A DNA stretch of 64,000 nucleotides from Halogranum rubrum (GTDB taxonomy: Archaea > Halobacteriota > Halobacteria > Halobacteriales > Haloferacaceae), in the NCBI RefSeq assembly GCF_900114455.1, contig NZ_FOTC01000002.1, positions 217,012 through 281,011 on the forward strand, given 5' to 3'. Shown one piece after another: positions 1 through 9,289 of the stretch (positions within the stretch are counted from its first letter, which is position 1; each line of letters starts with the position of its first letter). A program made the position numbers and the translations under genes. Under the pieces are notes generated by a model. The model did no database searches. It was given only the letters and a program-made list of their open reading frames with translations, and was not told the origin of the DNA.

Positions 1-242
1 GGAATGTCGGCGTTCAGGGCTTTGCCAATCTTCACCGCCGCCTCGACTGCACCCTCGTTGAGCACGGGCAGTGCGCCGGGCAGTCCGAGACAGACGGGAC
101 AGGTCCGGGTGTTGGGTTCTTCGTCTTCCGCCGCCGCGGTGGAACATCCACAGAAAATCTTCGTCGCCGTCTCCAACTGGACGTGGACTTCCAGTCCGAT
201 GACGGAGGCGAGTTCTCGCTGTTCGAGCGCCTGAGCAGTCAT
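1..242 (-). CDS. gatB: Asp/Glu-tRNA(Asn/Gln) amidotransferase subunit B, N-terminal fragment (5' end of gene; rest lies upstream of window)
   Basis: Reverse complement of 1-242 translates to [80 protein letters not shown]. This matches the canonical GatB N-terminus (IGLEVHVQL...KIFC.C...[15 protein letters not shown]). ATG at 242-240. Absent from the ORF track because the ORF runs off the window edge. Confidence 0.85.
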   Translation of the reverse strand, partial: MTAQALEQRELASVIGLEVHVQLETATKIFCGCSTAAAEDEEPNTRTCPVCLGLPGALPVLNEGAVEAAVKIGKALNADI

Positions 243-391
243 TATCCGGGATTTGCGTGCCGGTGGCTAAAGGCTAACGGGACTGCGTCGGGCCGCCTCG
301 GCGTCGGCCATCTCTGTCGACCTCACACACGCGATGCTGGTCCTCGCCGCCACTGCAAAATTTGACAATTGTTTCTCCAGCTGGACAAATT

Positions 392-409
392 TTCGACATT
401 CGTGTCGAA
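392..409. promoter_or_regulatory. perfect inverted repeat TTCGACA-N4-TGTCGAA in the gatB/DUF3100 divergent intergenic region
   Basis: Read directly: ttcgacattcgtgtcgaa. It lies 12 bp upstream of the TATA-like tttttata (421-428). Confidence 0.4.
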
Positions 410-431
410 TTAGCTGTGTATTTTTATACCG

Positions 432-1337
432 GTGCCGTCACCGTTCGAGGTATGTGTGGTGAGCCATCGCATGACGGATGATGCAGACGAACCGGCGAGC
501 GACCGCTGGGCACCGATACGGACCGCCGGTCGGTGGGGCGTTCACGCCCGGACGCATCTCACCGTCCTCGCAATCGTCGTCGTCGCCGAACTGATCGGTG
601 AAATCTCCTTCCCCGTCGGTCCGGGGCAAGTCGTCTTACTTCCGATGCTCTACGCCGTCGTCATCGGGATTCTGGTCACGTACAACGTCCTCGGGCGATA
701 CGTCGACCCGCTTCGTAAAATCGTCTCGAAGGATGTGAGTCGCGTCAGTTCGCCGCTGCTCATCATCGCGCTCATGCCGCTCGGTGTGAAGTACGGGACG
801 CTCGTCGCCCCGGCGTTCAACCAACTCGTCGAGGCTGGCCCTGCGTTCGTCCTGCAGGAGTTCGGCAACCTCGGGACGATTCTCCTCGCGCTTCCGTTGG
901 CGCTCGCACTCGGCCTCAAGCGCGAGGCCATCGGTAGTGCAGTGAGCATCGCTCGCGAACCGACGCTCGGAGTCATCACCGACAAGTACGGCATCGACTC
1001 TCCCGAGGGCCGCGGCGTCCTCGGGACGTACCTCACGGGAACCGTCCTCGGCACCGTCTTCTTCGGTCTGCTCGGCGGGTTCGCACCGGCGACGGGCATT
1101 CACCCACTCGCGCTCTCGATGGCCTGCGGGATGGGCAGTGCGAGCATGATGACCGCCTGCTCCGCCTCGTTGGCCCAGACCGTCTCTTCCGTACCTGAAG
1201 ACCAGATTCTCTCCTTCGCGGCGACGAGTAACCTCCTCACGGGCATCACCGGTCTCTACATGGTACTGCTCGTCGGCCTCCCGGTCATCACCCGGTTGTA
1301 TCGAGTACTCGAACCGGTCGTCGGGAGGGACGCATGA
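432..1337 (+). CDS. DUF3100-type polytopic membrane protein (putative transporter component); true start probably ATG near 471 (MTDDADEP)
   Basis: 301-aa hydrophobic ORF with many TM helices. The track start at 432 is a GTG. It is followed by a second membrane ORF and an M20 amidohydrolase, the usual DUF3100 gene context. Confidence 0.6.
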   Translation: MPSPFEVCVVSHRMTDDADEPASDRWAPIRTAGRWGVHARTHLTVLAIVVVAELIGEISFPVGPGQVVLLPMLYAVVIGILVTYNVLGRYVDPLRKIVSKDVSRVSSPLLIIALMPLGVKYGTLVAPAFNQLVEAGPAFVLQEFGNLGTILLALPLALALGLKREAIGSAVSIAREPTLGVITDKYGIDSPEGRGVLGTYLTGTVLGTVFFGLLGGFAPATGIHPLALSMACGMGSASMMTACSASLAQTVSSVPEDQILSFAATSNLLTGITGLYMVLLVGLPVITRLYRVLEPVVGRDA

Positions 1338-1822
1338 GCGACACCACCCAGATGGAGACGGGTCGGTTCGCGCTGAACTCGCTGAAGATGCTGCTCGTCG
1401 TCGGCATCCTGACGCTCGTCGCCAACTCCATCGGCCCGGAGACCGGATTCAGAGCGGGGTTCGTCGAGTCCATCCCCGGGATGGGACTCATCGTCCTCAT
1501 CGGTCTCGTGGCGCTGTTGCTCGGGCGGGCGATTCCGCTCGACCTGCCGGCGTTCGCCTACGCGATGATCATCGCCTTCGCACTCGCACTACCGTTCTCG
1601 CCGGTGCAAGGGCCGTTCCTCGGCTACGTCGAGCGGGTGGACTTCCTCGCGACGACGACGCCGATTTTGGCCTACGCGGGCCTCTCGATTGGACTCCAGA
1701 CCGGCCGCATGAAGGAGGTCAGTTGGAAACTCGTCGTCGTCGCCGTCTTCGTCTTCTTCGGGACGTACTTCGGGTCGGCACTCATCGCACAGGCCGTGCT
1801 CAGCGCACAGGGGTTGATCTGA
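1334..1822 (+). CDS. small polytopic membrane protein, operon partner of the DUF3100 protein
   Basis: 162 aa, 4-5 predicted TM segments. Overlaps the upstream stop by 4 bp (ATGA) and ends 2 bp before the M20 gene. Confidence 0.6.
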   Translation: MSDTTQMETGRFALNSLKMLLVVGILTLVANSIGPETGFRAGFVESIPGMGLIVLIGLVALLLGRAIPLDLPAFAYAMIIAFALALPFSPVQGPFLGYVERVDFLATTTPILAYAGLSIGLQTGRMKEVSWKLVVVAVFVFFGTYFGSALIAQAVLSAQGLI

Positions 1823-1823
1823 G

Positions 1824-3152
1824 ATGGTCGACGCCGACGCACTGAAACAACAGGTCTGTGCTGCCATCGACGACAACCGCGAGGCCATAATCGACCTCGC
1901 GAAGTCCGTCGAAGCCGAACCCGAACTCGGGTTCAAAGAGACGAAGACGACACGGAAAGTCGCCGAGGCGTTCGAGTCGATGGGACTCTCGGTCGAAGAG
2001 GAACTCGCCGTCACCGGCGCACGCGCTCGACTCGGGTCGGGCGAGATGCGAGCGGCCGTCTTCGGCGAACTCGACGCGCTAGTGAACCCCGACCACCCGA
2101 AGGCCAACCCGGAGACGGGTGCGGTCCACGCCTGTGGGCACCACGCGCAACTCGCACATCTCGTCGGTGTCGCATCCGGCTTCACGGGTGCTGGCGTCGT
2201 CGACGAACTGGACGCCGCCATCGACTTCGTCGGCGTTCCCGCCGAAGAGTATCTCGACCTCTCGTATCGCCGCGAACTCATCGAATCCGGGCAGACAGAG
2301 TTCGTCGGCGGGAAACAGGAACTCATCCGGCGCGGTCACCTCGACGACGTCGACCTCGGCATCATGATGCACGCCGGCAACGACGCCCCCGAACGCGTCG
2401 TCACGAGCGACTTCTCGACGAACGGGTTCGTCGGCAAGTTCGTCACGTATCGAGGAAGAGAGGCTCACGCCGGAGCAGCACCCGAAGAGGGTGTCAACGC
2501 GCTCAACGCCGCGATGCTCGGCATGAACGCCATCCACGCCCAGCGCGAGCGCTTCGCCGACGAGGACGCCGTTCGCGTCCACCCAATCATCACGAAGGGC
2601 GGCGACGGCGTCAACGTCGTCCCGGCGGACGTGCAGATGGAGTCGTACGTGCGAGCCAAGAGCGTCGACGCCGTCCGCGAAGCCAACGTTGCAGTCAACC
2701 GTGCGCTCGAATCCGGCGCGATGGGCGTCGGCGCAGATGTGGAGATAAACGACTACCCCGGCTACATGCCGCTTCGGACGGACCCGACCATCGTCGGCGC
2801 GTACGACGACAACGTCCGTGACCTCGTCGGCACCGACGCACTCGGTCCCAGCGGGACGCATCTCACGGGGTCGACCGACATGGGCGACGTGACGCAGATT
2901 CTGCCGGGCATCCATCCGTGGGTCGGCGGGTTCGAGGGCAGTCTGCACGCCCGCGACTTCCGCGTCGTCGACGAGGAGATGGCCTACATCCTGCCGGCGA
3001 AACTCACCGCGTGCACGCTCGTCGACGTACTCGCCTCCGAAGAGCGTCGACAGTCGATACTCGCTGCTAAAGCCGCGAAGAAGGACACTGAGACGTATCT
3101 CGACGAAGTACGGTCGTTCCGCGGCGACGTCGAGGCGTCGTACTTGGACTGA
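1824..3152 (+). CDS. M20-family metallopeptidase / amidohydrolase (N-acyl-amino-acid hydrolase-like)
   Basis: 442 aa. HACGHHAQ metal-binding motif and the general layout of the M20D/AbgB-like family. Acidic composition. Confidence 0.8.
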   Translation: MVDADALKQQVCAAIDDNREAIIDLAKSVEAEPELGFKETKTTRKVAEAFESMGLSVEEELAVTGARARLGSGEMRAAVFGELDALVNPDHPKANPETGAVHACGHHAQLAHLVGVASGFTGAGVVDELDAAIDFVGVPAEEYLDLSYRRELIESGQTEFVGGKQELIRRGHLDDVDLGIMMHAGNDAPERVVTSDFSTNGFVGKFVTYRGREAHAGAAPEEGVNALNAAMLGMNAIHAQRERFADEDAVRVHPIITKGGDGVNVVPADVQMESYVRAKSVDAVREANVAVNRALESGAMGVGADVEINDYPGYMPLRTDPTIVGAYDDNVRDLVGTDALGPSGTHLTGSTDMGDVTQILPGIHPWVGGFEGSLHARDFRVVDEEMAYILPAKLTACTLVDVLASEERRQSILAAKAAKKDTETYLDEVRSFRGDVEASYLD

Positions 3153-3293
3153 CAGCGCTGTCCCGTTACGCCGTCGCCCGGTTTTTCAGTAGCGAAGGTC
3201 TGTGGGTGAGCGTGTCCCCAGCCGCCGACATATCACCATCTCCCACTTAACGTCTGACGTACCTTTATACGGCCAGAGACAGCCAATAGGCCC

Positions 3294-3563
3294 ATGAGCA
3301 ACAGGGTGGAGGAACTCGAATCCAAAGTGAAGGAACTGCAGGCAGCGGTCAACGGACTGACCGAGGAACTCGTCGAGACGAAAGAGCGCGTCCGACAACT
3401 CGAAGAAGAGGTCGATGTCGACGTCGCCCCCACCGGTCGGCGTCGTGACCGCGCCGCAGAGACAGCGGACGAAGAAACGCAGGCCGAAGCTGATAAAGCA
3501 GACGACGCCAAGGAAGGAGACGACGAGGAGCAGTCCAGCGGAAGCGACATCATCGTCGCGTAA
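3294..3563 (+). CDS. small acidic coiled-coil protein of unknown function, immediately upstream of smc
   Basis: 89 aa. N-terminal heptad-repeat segment (VEELESKVKELQAAVNGLTEELVETKERVRQLEEEV) followed by a D/E-rich tail. Typical halophilic codon usage. Confidence 0.55.
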   Translation: MSNRVEELESKVKELQAAVNGLTEELVETKERVRQLEEEVDVDVAPTGRRRDRAAETADEETQAEADKADDAKEGDDEEQSSGSDIIVA

Positions 3564-3637
3564 GCTTGCGACTTCTCTCGTGAGCATCGATGAACGGTAT
3601 TCATCGAGCCGTTCACGTCGGAACGTGAAGACAACAC

Positions 3638-6600
3638 ATGCATATCAAAGAGCTCGTCCTTGACGATTTCAAGAGCTTCGGGCGGAAGACTCGGATCCCG
3701 TTCTACGAGGATTTCACCGTCGTCACCGGACCGAACGGTTCGGGCAAGTCGAACATCATCGACGGTGTCCTCTTCGCGCTCGGCTTAGCCCGTACCCGCG
3801 GGATTCGGGCCGAGAAACTCACCGACCTCATCTACAACCCCGGCTACGACGACGGTCAGGAACCGCCGGGAACCAAAGAGGCCAGTGTTACCGTCGTCCT
3901 CGACAACAGCGACGGTAAGCTCGACCGGTCGCAGGTGGTCAACGCCGCTGGCACGGACAACGTCGGCGACGTCGACGAGATCACCATCAAACGACGGGTG
4001 AAAGAGACCGAGGACAACTACTACTCGTACTACTATCTGAACGAACGCTCGGTCAACCTCTCGGACATCCAAGACCTGCTGGCGCAAGCCGGTGTCACCC
4101 CCGAGGGCTACAACGTCGTCATGCAGGGGGACGTCACCGAGATAATCAACATGACGCCCTACCAGCGGCGGGGCATCATCGACGAAATCGCGGGCGTCGC
4201 CGAGTTCGACGCGAAGAAGGAGGACGCCTTCGGCGAACTCGAAACGGTCGAAGAACGCATCGGTGAGGCCGACCTCCGAATCGCCGAGAAAGAGGAGCGT
4301 CTCGACCAACTGCAAGACGAACGCGAGACGGCACTGGAGTACAAGTCGCTCCGCGAGGAGAGAGAGGAGTACGAAGGCTACCTCAAAGCCGCCGAACTCG
4401 AAGACAAACGCGCCGACTTAGACGGGACGAAATCCAAACTGGAGACGAAAGAGGACGAACTCGACGGCCTCCAGTCGGTGTTGGACGAAAAGCAAGGTCG
4501 CGTCACGCGCCTCGACGACGAGTTGGAGGACCTCAACCGCGACATCGAGCGGAAAGGTGAGGACGAACAACTCCGAATCAAGAGCGAAATCGAGGAAGTC
4601 AAAGGCGAGATAAGTCGTCTGGAAGGCAAGATAGAGACCGCAGAAGAGCGTATCGAGGAAGCCGAAAACGAGCGCAGACAGGCGTTCGTCGGCATCGACC
4701 GCAAGCAAGAGCAGGTCGACGAGTACGAAGACGAGATTCGCTCGGTCAAAGTCGAGAAAGCGTCTATCAAGAGCGACATCCAGTCGAAGCAGGTCGAACT
4801 CGCCGAGGTCCAGGGTAAAATCGAGAGCGTCGACACCGAGTTCGACGAACTCAAAGACGAACTCAGTAGTCGGAAAGAGGAGGTCGAGGAACTCAAGACG
4901 GAGAAGAACGACCTCCAGCGGGAGAAAGACCGCCTCCTCGACGACGCGCGCCGTCGCTCCAACGAGATTAGCGAGACGCGCGAGGAGATAGAGAACGCCC
5001 GTGAGCGCATCCCCGAACTGAAGGCCAAACTCTCGGAACTCCACAGCGAACTCGACAAAGCCGAGAAGAACAAGGCGAAAGTGCAGGGAATCGTCAACGA
5101 CCTCCGCGACGAGCGTAAGGAGGCGAAAGACGAGCTTTCGGACGTCGAAGAGAAGATTCGGCGTAAGCAGAGCCAGTACGCCGAGATGGAGTCGCGAGCG
5201 AACGGCGACGGTGGCAACTCGTGGCCGCGGGCGGTCACGACGGTCATCAACGCCGGGATGAACGGCGTCCACGGTGCGGTCGGCCAACTCGCGAGCGTCC
5301 CCGGCGAGTACGCCACGGCCTGTGAGACGGCCGCCGGCGGACGACTGGCGAACGTCGTCGTCGACGACGACGGCGTCGGGTCCGACTGTATCGACTACCT
5401 GAAGCGCCGTAACGCGGGTCGGGCGACGTTCCTGCCCATCACGAAGATGGACAACCGGAGCCTTCCCCGAAAGCCGAACAAGCCCGGTGTCGTCGACTTC
5501 GCGTACAACCTCGTCGACTTCGACGGCCAGTACGCCAGCGTGTTCTCCTACGTCCTGGGGTCGACGCTCGTCGTCGAGGATATGGACACCGCACGGGACC
5601 TGATGGGCGACTACCGGATGGTGACGCTCGACGGCGACTTAGTCGAGCGCTCCGGTGCCATGACCGGCGGGTCCGGCGGTGGGTCGCGCTACTCCTTCTC
5701 CAAATCTGGTGAAGGGCAACTCGAACGAATCGCGAAGGAGATATCGGACCTCGAAGACCGTCGCCAGTCGTTACAGGCGGACGTTCAGGACGTAGAGGAC
5801 CGCATCGACGACGTGCGCGACCGGCAGGCCGACGCGACCGAGAAGGTCCGCTCGATTCAGAGCGACATCGACCGCGTCGAAGGCGAACTCGACGGCGCGG
5901 AAGACGAGATAGCGACGCTCGAAGCGCGACTCGACGAGTTGCAGGACGAACGTGAAGACGTCGACGCAAAGATGCAGTCGCTCGACGCCGACATCTCGAC
6001 GAAGGCCGACGAAATCGCCGACGTCGAGAGCGACATCGAGGAGTTGGAGACCGAGTTGAAAGACTCGGAGATTCCCGAACTCACCCAGCAAGCCGACGAG
6101 ATTCGTGCCGACATCGGCGAGTTCGAGGACCGGATGGACGACTTAGACGGCCGACTCAACGAACTCCAGTTGGAGAAGCAGTACGCCGAAGACGCCGTCG
6201 ACGACCTGCACGACACCGTCGAGTCCGCCCAGAACCGCAAGGCGGAAGCCGAAGAAGACATCGAGGAGCGCCGCGAGGCAATCGAGGAGAGAGAGGCGAC
6301 ACTCGACGAGAAGCGCGAGGCCGTCTCCGAACTCGAAGAGGAACTCGCGGAACTCAAAGAGGAGCGAAGCGAGTTGAAAGACGAACTGCGCGAGGCGAAG
6401 AACGAACGCGACGCGCAGAAAGAGAAGGTCTCCTCGGTCGAGTCGCGCATCTCCAGTCTCAGCAGTGCCGTCGAACGCTTGGCGTGGGAGATAGACGAAC
6501 TCGAAGCCGAGGTGGGTGACTACGACCCCGAAGACGTGCCCGACCACGACGAAGTCCAGTCGACTATCGAGCGTCTGACCGGGAAGATGGAGGCACTCGA

Positions 6601-7219
6601 ACCGGTCAACATGCTCGCCATCGACGAGTACGACGAGGTGAAAGACGACCTCGAAACGCTCCAAGCGGGTCGCGACACACTGGCCGAAGAGCGAGACGGG
6701 ATTAGAGAGCGCATCGAGTCCTACGAGTCCCAGAAGAAACAGACGTTCATGACGTCGTTCGACGCCATCAACGAGCACTTCCAGGACATCTTCGAGCGAC
6801 TCTCGGCGGGGACGGGCGAACTCGTCCTCGAAAACCCCGACGACCCCTTCGAGGAGGGGCTGACGATGAAGGCCCAACCGGGCGACAAACCGGTCCAGCG
6901 TCTCGACGCGATGTCCGGCGGCGAGAAGTCGCTGACGGCGCTGGCGTTCATCTTCGCCATCCAGCGACACAACCCGGCCCCGTTCTACGCACTCGACGAA
7001 GTCGACGCGTTCCTCGACGCGGTCAACGCCGAGCGCGTCGGCCAGATGGTCGACGACCTCGCGGGCGACGCGCAGTTCGTCGTCGTCTCGCATCGCTCGG
7101 CCCTGCTCGAACGCTCCGAGCGTGCCATCGGCGTGACGATGCAGGAGGACAACATCAGCGCCGTGACGGGCATCCAGTTGGGCGAACTCGAAGAGGCGGA
7201 GGTCACTGCGGATGACTGA
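3638..7219 (+). CDS. smc: chromosome segregation protein SMC
   Basis: 1193 aa. N-terminal Walker A (GPNGSGKSN). Very long E/R/K/L-rich coiled-coil arms with a central hinge (GMNGVHGAVGQLASV...). C-terminal signature (LSGGEKSLTALAF) and Walker B (FYALDEVDAFLD). Confidence 0.97.
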   Translation: MHIKELVLDDFKSFGRKTRIPFYEDFTVVTGPNGSGKSNIIDGVLFALGLARTRGIRAEKLTDLIYNPGYDDGQEPPGTKEASVTVVLDNSDGKLDRSQVVNAAGTDNVGDVDEITIKRRVKETEDNYYSYYYLNERSVNLSDIQDLLAQAGVTPEGYNVVMQGDVTEIINMTPYQRRGIIDEIAGVAEFDAKKEDAFGELETVEERIGEADLRIAEKEERLDQLQDERETALEYKSLREEREEYEGYLKAAELEDKRADLDGTKSKLETKEDELDGLQSVLDEKQGRVTRLDDELEDLNRDIERKGEDEQLRIKSEIEEVKGEISRLEGKIETAEERIEEAENERRQAFVGIDRKQEQVDEYEDEIRSVKVEKASIKSDIQSKQVELAEVQGKIESVDTEFDELKDELSSRKEEVEELKTEKNDLQREKDRLLDDARRRSNEISETREEIENARERIPELKAKLSELHSELDKAEKNKAKVQGIVNDLRDERKEAKDELSDVEEKIRRKQSQYAEMESRANGDGGNSWPRAVTTVINAGMNGVHGAVGQLASVPGEYATACETAAGGRLANVVVDDDGVGSDCIDYLKRRNAGRATFLPITKMDNRSLPRKPNKPGVVDFAYNLVDFDGQYASVFSYVLGSTLVVEDMDTARDLMGDYRMVTLDGDLVERSGAMTGGSGGGSRYSFSKSGEGQLERIAKEISDLEDRRQSLQADVQDVEDRIDDVRDRQADATEKVRSIQSDIDRVEGELDGAEDEIATLEARLDELQDEREDVDAKMQSLDADISTKADEIADVESDIEELETELKDSEIPELTQQADEIRADIGEFEDRMDDLDGRLNELQLEKQYAEDAVDDLHDTVESAQNRKAEAEEDIEERREAIEEREATLDEKREAVSELEEELAELKEERSELKDELREAKNERDAQKEKVSSVESRISSLSSAVERLAWEIDELEAEVGDYDPEDVPDHDEVQSTIERLTGKMEALEPVNMLAIDEYDEVKDDLETLQAGRDTLAEERDGIRERIESYESQKKQTFMTSFDAINEHFQDIFERLSAGTGELVLENPDDPFEEGLTMKAQPGDKPVQRLDAMSGGEKSLTALAFIFAIQRHNPAPFYALDEVDAFLDAVNAERVGQMVDDLAGDAQFVVVSHRSALLERSERAIGVTMQEDNISAVTGIQLGELEEAEVTADD

Positions 7220-8198
7220 CCCCCGCGAGAACGGCGCGGAAGCGACAAACGGTGGCGGCGATGTCGACGATATTGACGACGCGCTCCCGGACGACGTCTC
7301 GGCCGCCGCTGACTTCGACGACGCTCCCGACGTCGACGACTCGACCGACGCCGAAGACGAAGTCGAACCGGTCGAACTGCTCGTCCAGTTGGCCGAAGAG
7401 GGCGAGATAGAGCCGTGGGACATCGACATCGTCGCCGTCACCGACGCCTTTCTCGAACGGTTGGACGCGACTGACCTCCGGACCTCCGGTCGGGCGCTGT
7501 TCTACGCGAGCGTCCTCCTACGGATGAAGGGCGACGAACTGCTTTCGCCGGACGAAGCCGACGAGGAACCCGAACTCGAACCGTGGGAGATGGCGATGCG
7601 GGGCGACGACCCGGCGTTCGACGACGACGGTGACACCGCGACCAACGGGTTCGACCCCGTCGACGCACTCGAAGCCGAGATGGACCGCCGTCTCGAACGC
7701 AAGCGTGCTCGGGGGTCGCCGGAGACGCTCGACGAACTCGTCCGCGAACTCCGCGACGCCGAACGTGGGACGTGGTGGAAGGAGTCCCGTGAGTACGACA
7801 CCACGAACTCGCCGAAAGGGTTCCGTCGCGGGACGCAGACGCTCGACTACCACTCCGCGGACGACTTCCGCCGCGACGGCGAACCCGGCGAGGCGGACGT
7901 CACGGGAACGACTCACGACGAAGACATCGAAGCGACCATCGAACAGGTCGAAGCGACGCTCGCGACACACTACGGCGAGGGTCGCGCCGAGGTGCTCTTC
8001 GCCGAGATACGCGACGCCGGTGGCCGGGCGTTCCAGACGTTCCTCGCACTCCTCTTTCTCGCACACCGCGGACAGATTCGTCTCGAGCAGGACGAACTGT
8101 TCGGTGACCTCTGGGTGCAGGACCCGACTGCAGTGGAGTCCTCAGACGAGGAGACCGACGAGAGCGAAGAAGACGAAGTCGAAGCTATCGCCGACTGA
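7212..8198 (+). CDS. scpA: segregation and condensation protein A (kleisin)
   Basis: Start overlaps the smc stop by 8 nt. 328 aa, very acidic N-terminal region. Conserved ScpA core (ELLVQLAEEGEIEPWDIDIVAVTDAFLERL...ALFYASVLLRMK) and C-terminal winged helix (FQTFLALLFLAH.GQIRLEQ). Confidence 0.9.
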   Translation: MTDPRENGAEATNGGGDVDDIDDALPDDVSAAADFDDAPDVDDSTDAEDEVEPVELLVQLAEEGEIEPWDIDIVAVTDAFLERLDATDLRTSGRALFYASVLLRMKGDELLSPDEADEEPELEPWEMAMRGDDPAFDDDGDTATNGFDPVDALEAEMDRRLERKRARGSPETLDELVRELRDAERGTWWKESREYDTTNSPKGFRRGTQTLDYHSADDFRRDGEPGEADVTGTTHDEDIEATIEQVEATLATHYGEGRAEVLFAEIRDAGGRAFQTFLALLFLAHRGQIRLEQDELFGDLWVQDPTAVESSDEETDESEEDEVEAIAD

Positions 8199-8256
8199 GC
8201 GCGAGTGACAGTTCTCGTCCGTTCGGCTGGCGTTTTCTCCCGTTGACGGAGTTCTC

Positions 8257-9060
8257 GTGCTGAATCGCGGGCGCGAAGCCATCACGTACGTGATAGGGGA
8301 AGCGGACTGTTATGTCGAATTAGTGCCTCTCGTCAGCATCATGGAGCGAGACGAAGAACGTTCGTTCGAGGACCCGACTCACACGACGGTGTGTGGTGTC
8401 GAGGTGCAGTTCCAAGTGACGTCCGAAAACGAGCACCAATCTATCCCGGCCGATAGCGGAGGATACCACGAGTTGTTCGAAGATATGTTTTCAGAGATGA
8501 ACGAGAGGGACGTTCTCTTCGAGATCGGTGCCCATATGGGCATCATCAGCTGTGTCGTCGGTCGACACTATCGCGATCTCGACATCGTCTGTTTCGAACC
8601 CAATCCACGGACACGTAAACGCTTGGAGACGAATCTCAAATTGAATGGCCTCGACGCCATCGTCATGGACTGTGCCGTCTCGAATTCGGACGGGGTGATG
8701 GTGTTAGACACTCGACACGCCTCTCGTGGTGGGGCGAAAGAGGCTCACCGTTCGGGGCAGGGGTCGGAGATACCAGTTCGAACACTTGATGGAGTCGTCA
8801 CGGACGATGGTATTCCATCGCCGACGGTCATTGTGGCGGATATTGTGGGCGAGGAACTCAACCTACTCCGTGGCGGGTTGACGGTCTTCTCGTCACCCAC
8901 GACACGGCTGGCGTATATCGTCACTCACGACCAGCCATTGGAACGTCTTGGAGGTAGTACACAGGACGTAGAGAAGCTTCTACGGAGATACGGGTTCGAC
9001 AAAGTGGAACACCTTCGAGAAAACCTCCTCAAGGCCAAGAAGTCGGAACATTCCAGGTAA
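8257..9060 (+). CDS. FkbM-family SAM-dependent methyltransferase (alternative start ATG 8341, MERDEE)
   Basis: FEIGAHMGIIS...VCFEPNP...L.LNGL motif architecture of Methyltransf_21/FkbM. Codon usage is conspicuously A/T-ending (aat, tta, gat, att, cca, tat, cta, aga), unlike the neighbouring genes. Confidence 0.75.
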   Translation: MLNRGREAITYVIGEADCYVELVPLVSIMERDEERSFEDPTHTTVCGVEVQFQVTSENEHQSIPADSGGYHELFEDMFSEMNERDVLFEIGAHMGIISCVVGRHYRDLDIVCFEPNPRTRKRLETNLKLNGLDAIVMDCAVSNSDGVMVLDTRHASRGGAKEAHRSGQGSEIPVRTLDGVVTDDGIPSPTVIVADIVGEELNLLRGGLTVFSSPTTRLAYIVTHDQPLERLGGSTQDVEKLLRRYGFDKVEHLRENLLKAKKSEHSR

Positions 9061-9289
9061 CGGCAAACTCGCGTGAGCACAGCGTCGTCGGAGCAGTCGC
9101 CTTCGGAGTTCACGCCGGGGAAGTTTCAGTTCGGGGAGTGTGGAATCAGACCGGGTCTCGTTGTTCGATTCCGTATCGAATCTGCACGGTGACAGACTCA
9201 CCTCCCGGTGTTGTATACTGAGTCCTGAATGTTGGAACTCACCTCTTTGCAAAGTACGAAATCCTCCCCCAACTCGCACGAGTGCTCGT

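Noticed and set aside
4-234. 76-aa + strand ORF at window start
   Set aside because: The region encodes the GatB N-terminus on the opposite strand.
3415-3663. 82-aa + ORF overlapping the coiled-coil gene and the smc start in another frame
   Set aside because: Pro/Arg/Thr/Lys-rich low-complexity translation, overlapped by two better-supported genes.
3785-7441. Several long ORFs (176-432 aa) antisense to or out of frame with smc (3785-4315, 4378-5316, 4418-5287, 5439-5969, 5857-6450, 6143-7441)
   Set aside because: They overlap the well-supported smc CDS. Their products are Ser/Arg-rich or repetitive with no motifs. They are mirror images of the coiled-coil codon repeats.
9160-9200. gttcgattccg resembling a tRNA T-loop in the FkbM/KaiC-like spacer
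   Set aside because: There is no acceptor or anticodon stem complementarity around it. The T-loop consensus GTTCGAATC is not met (A58 missing). No tRNA-like cloverleaf could be built.
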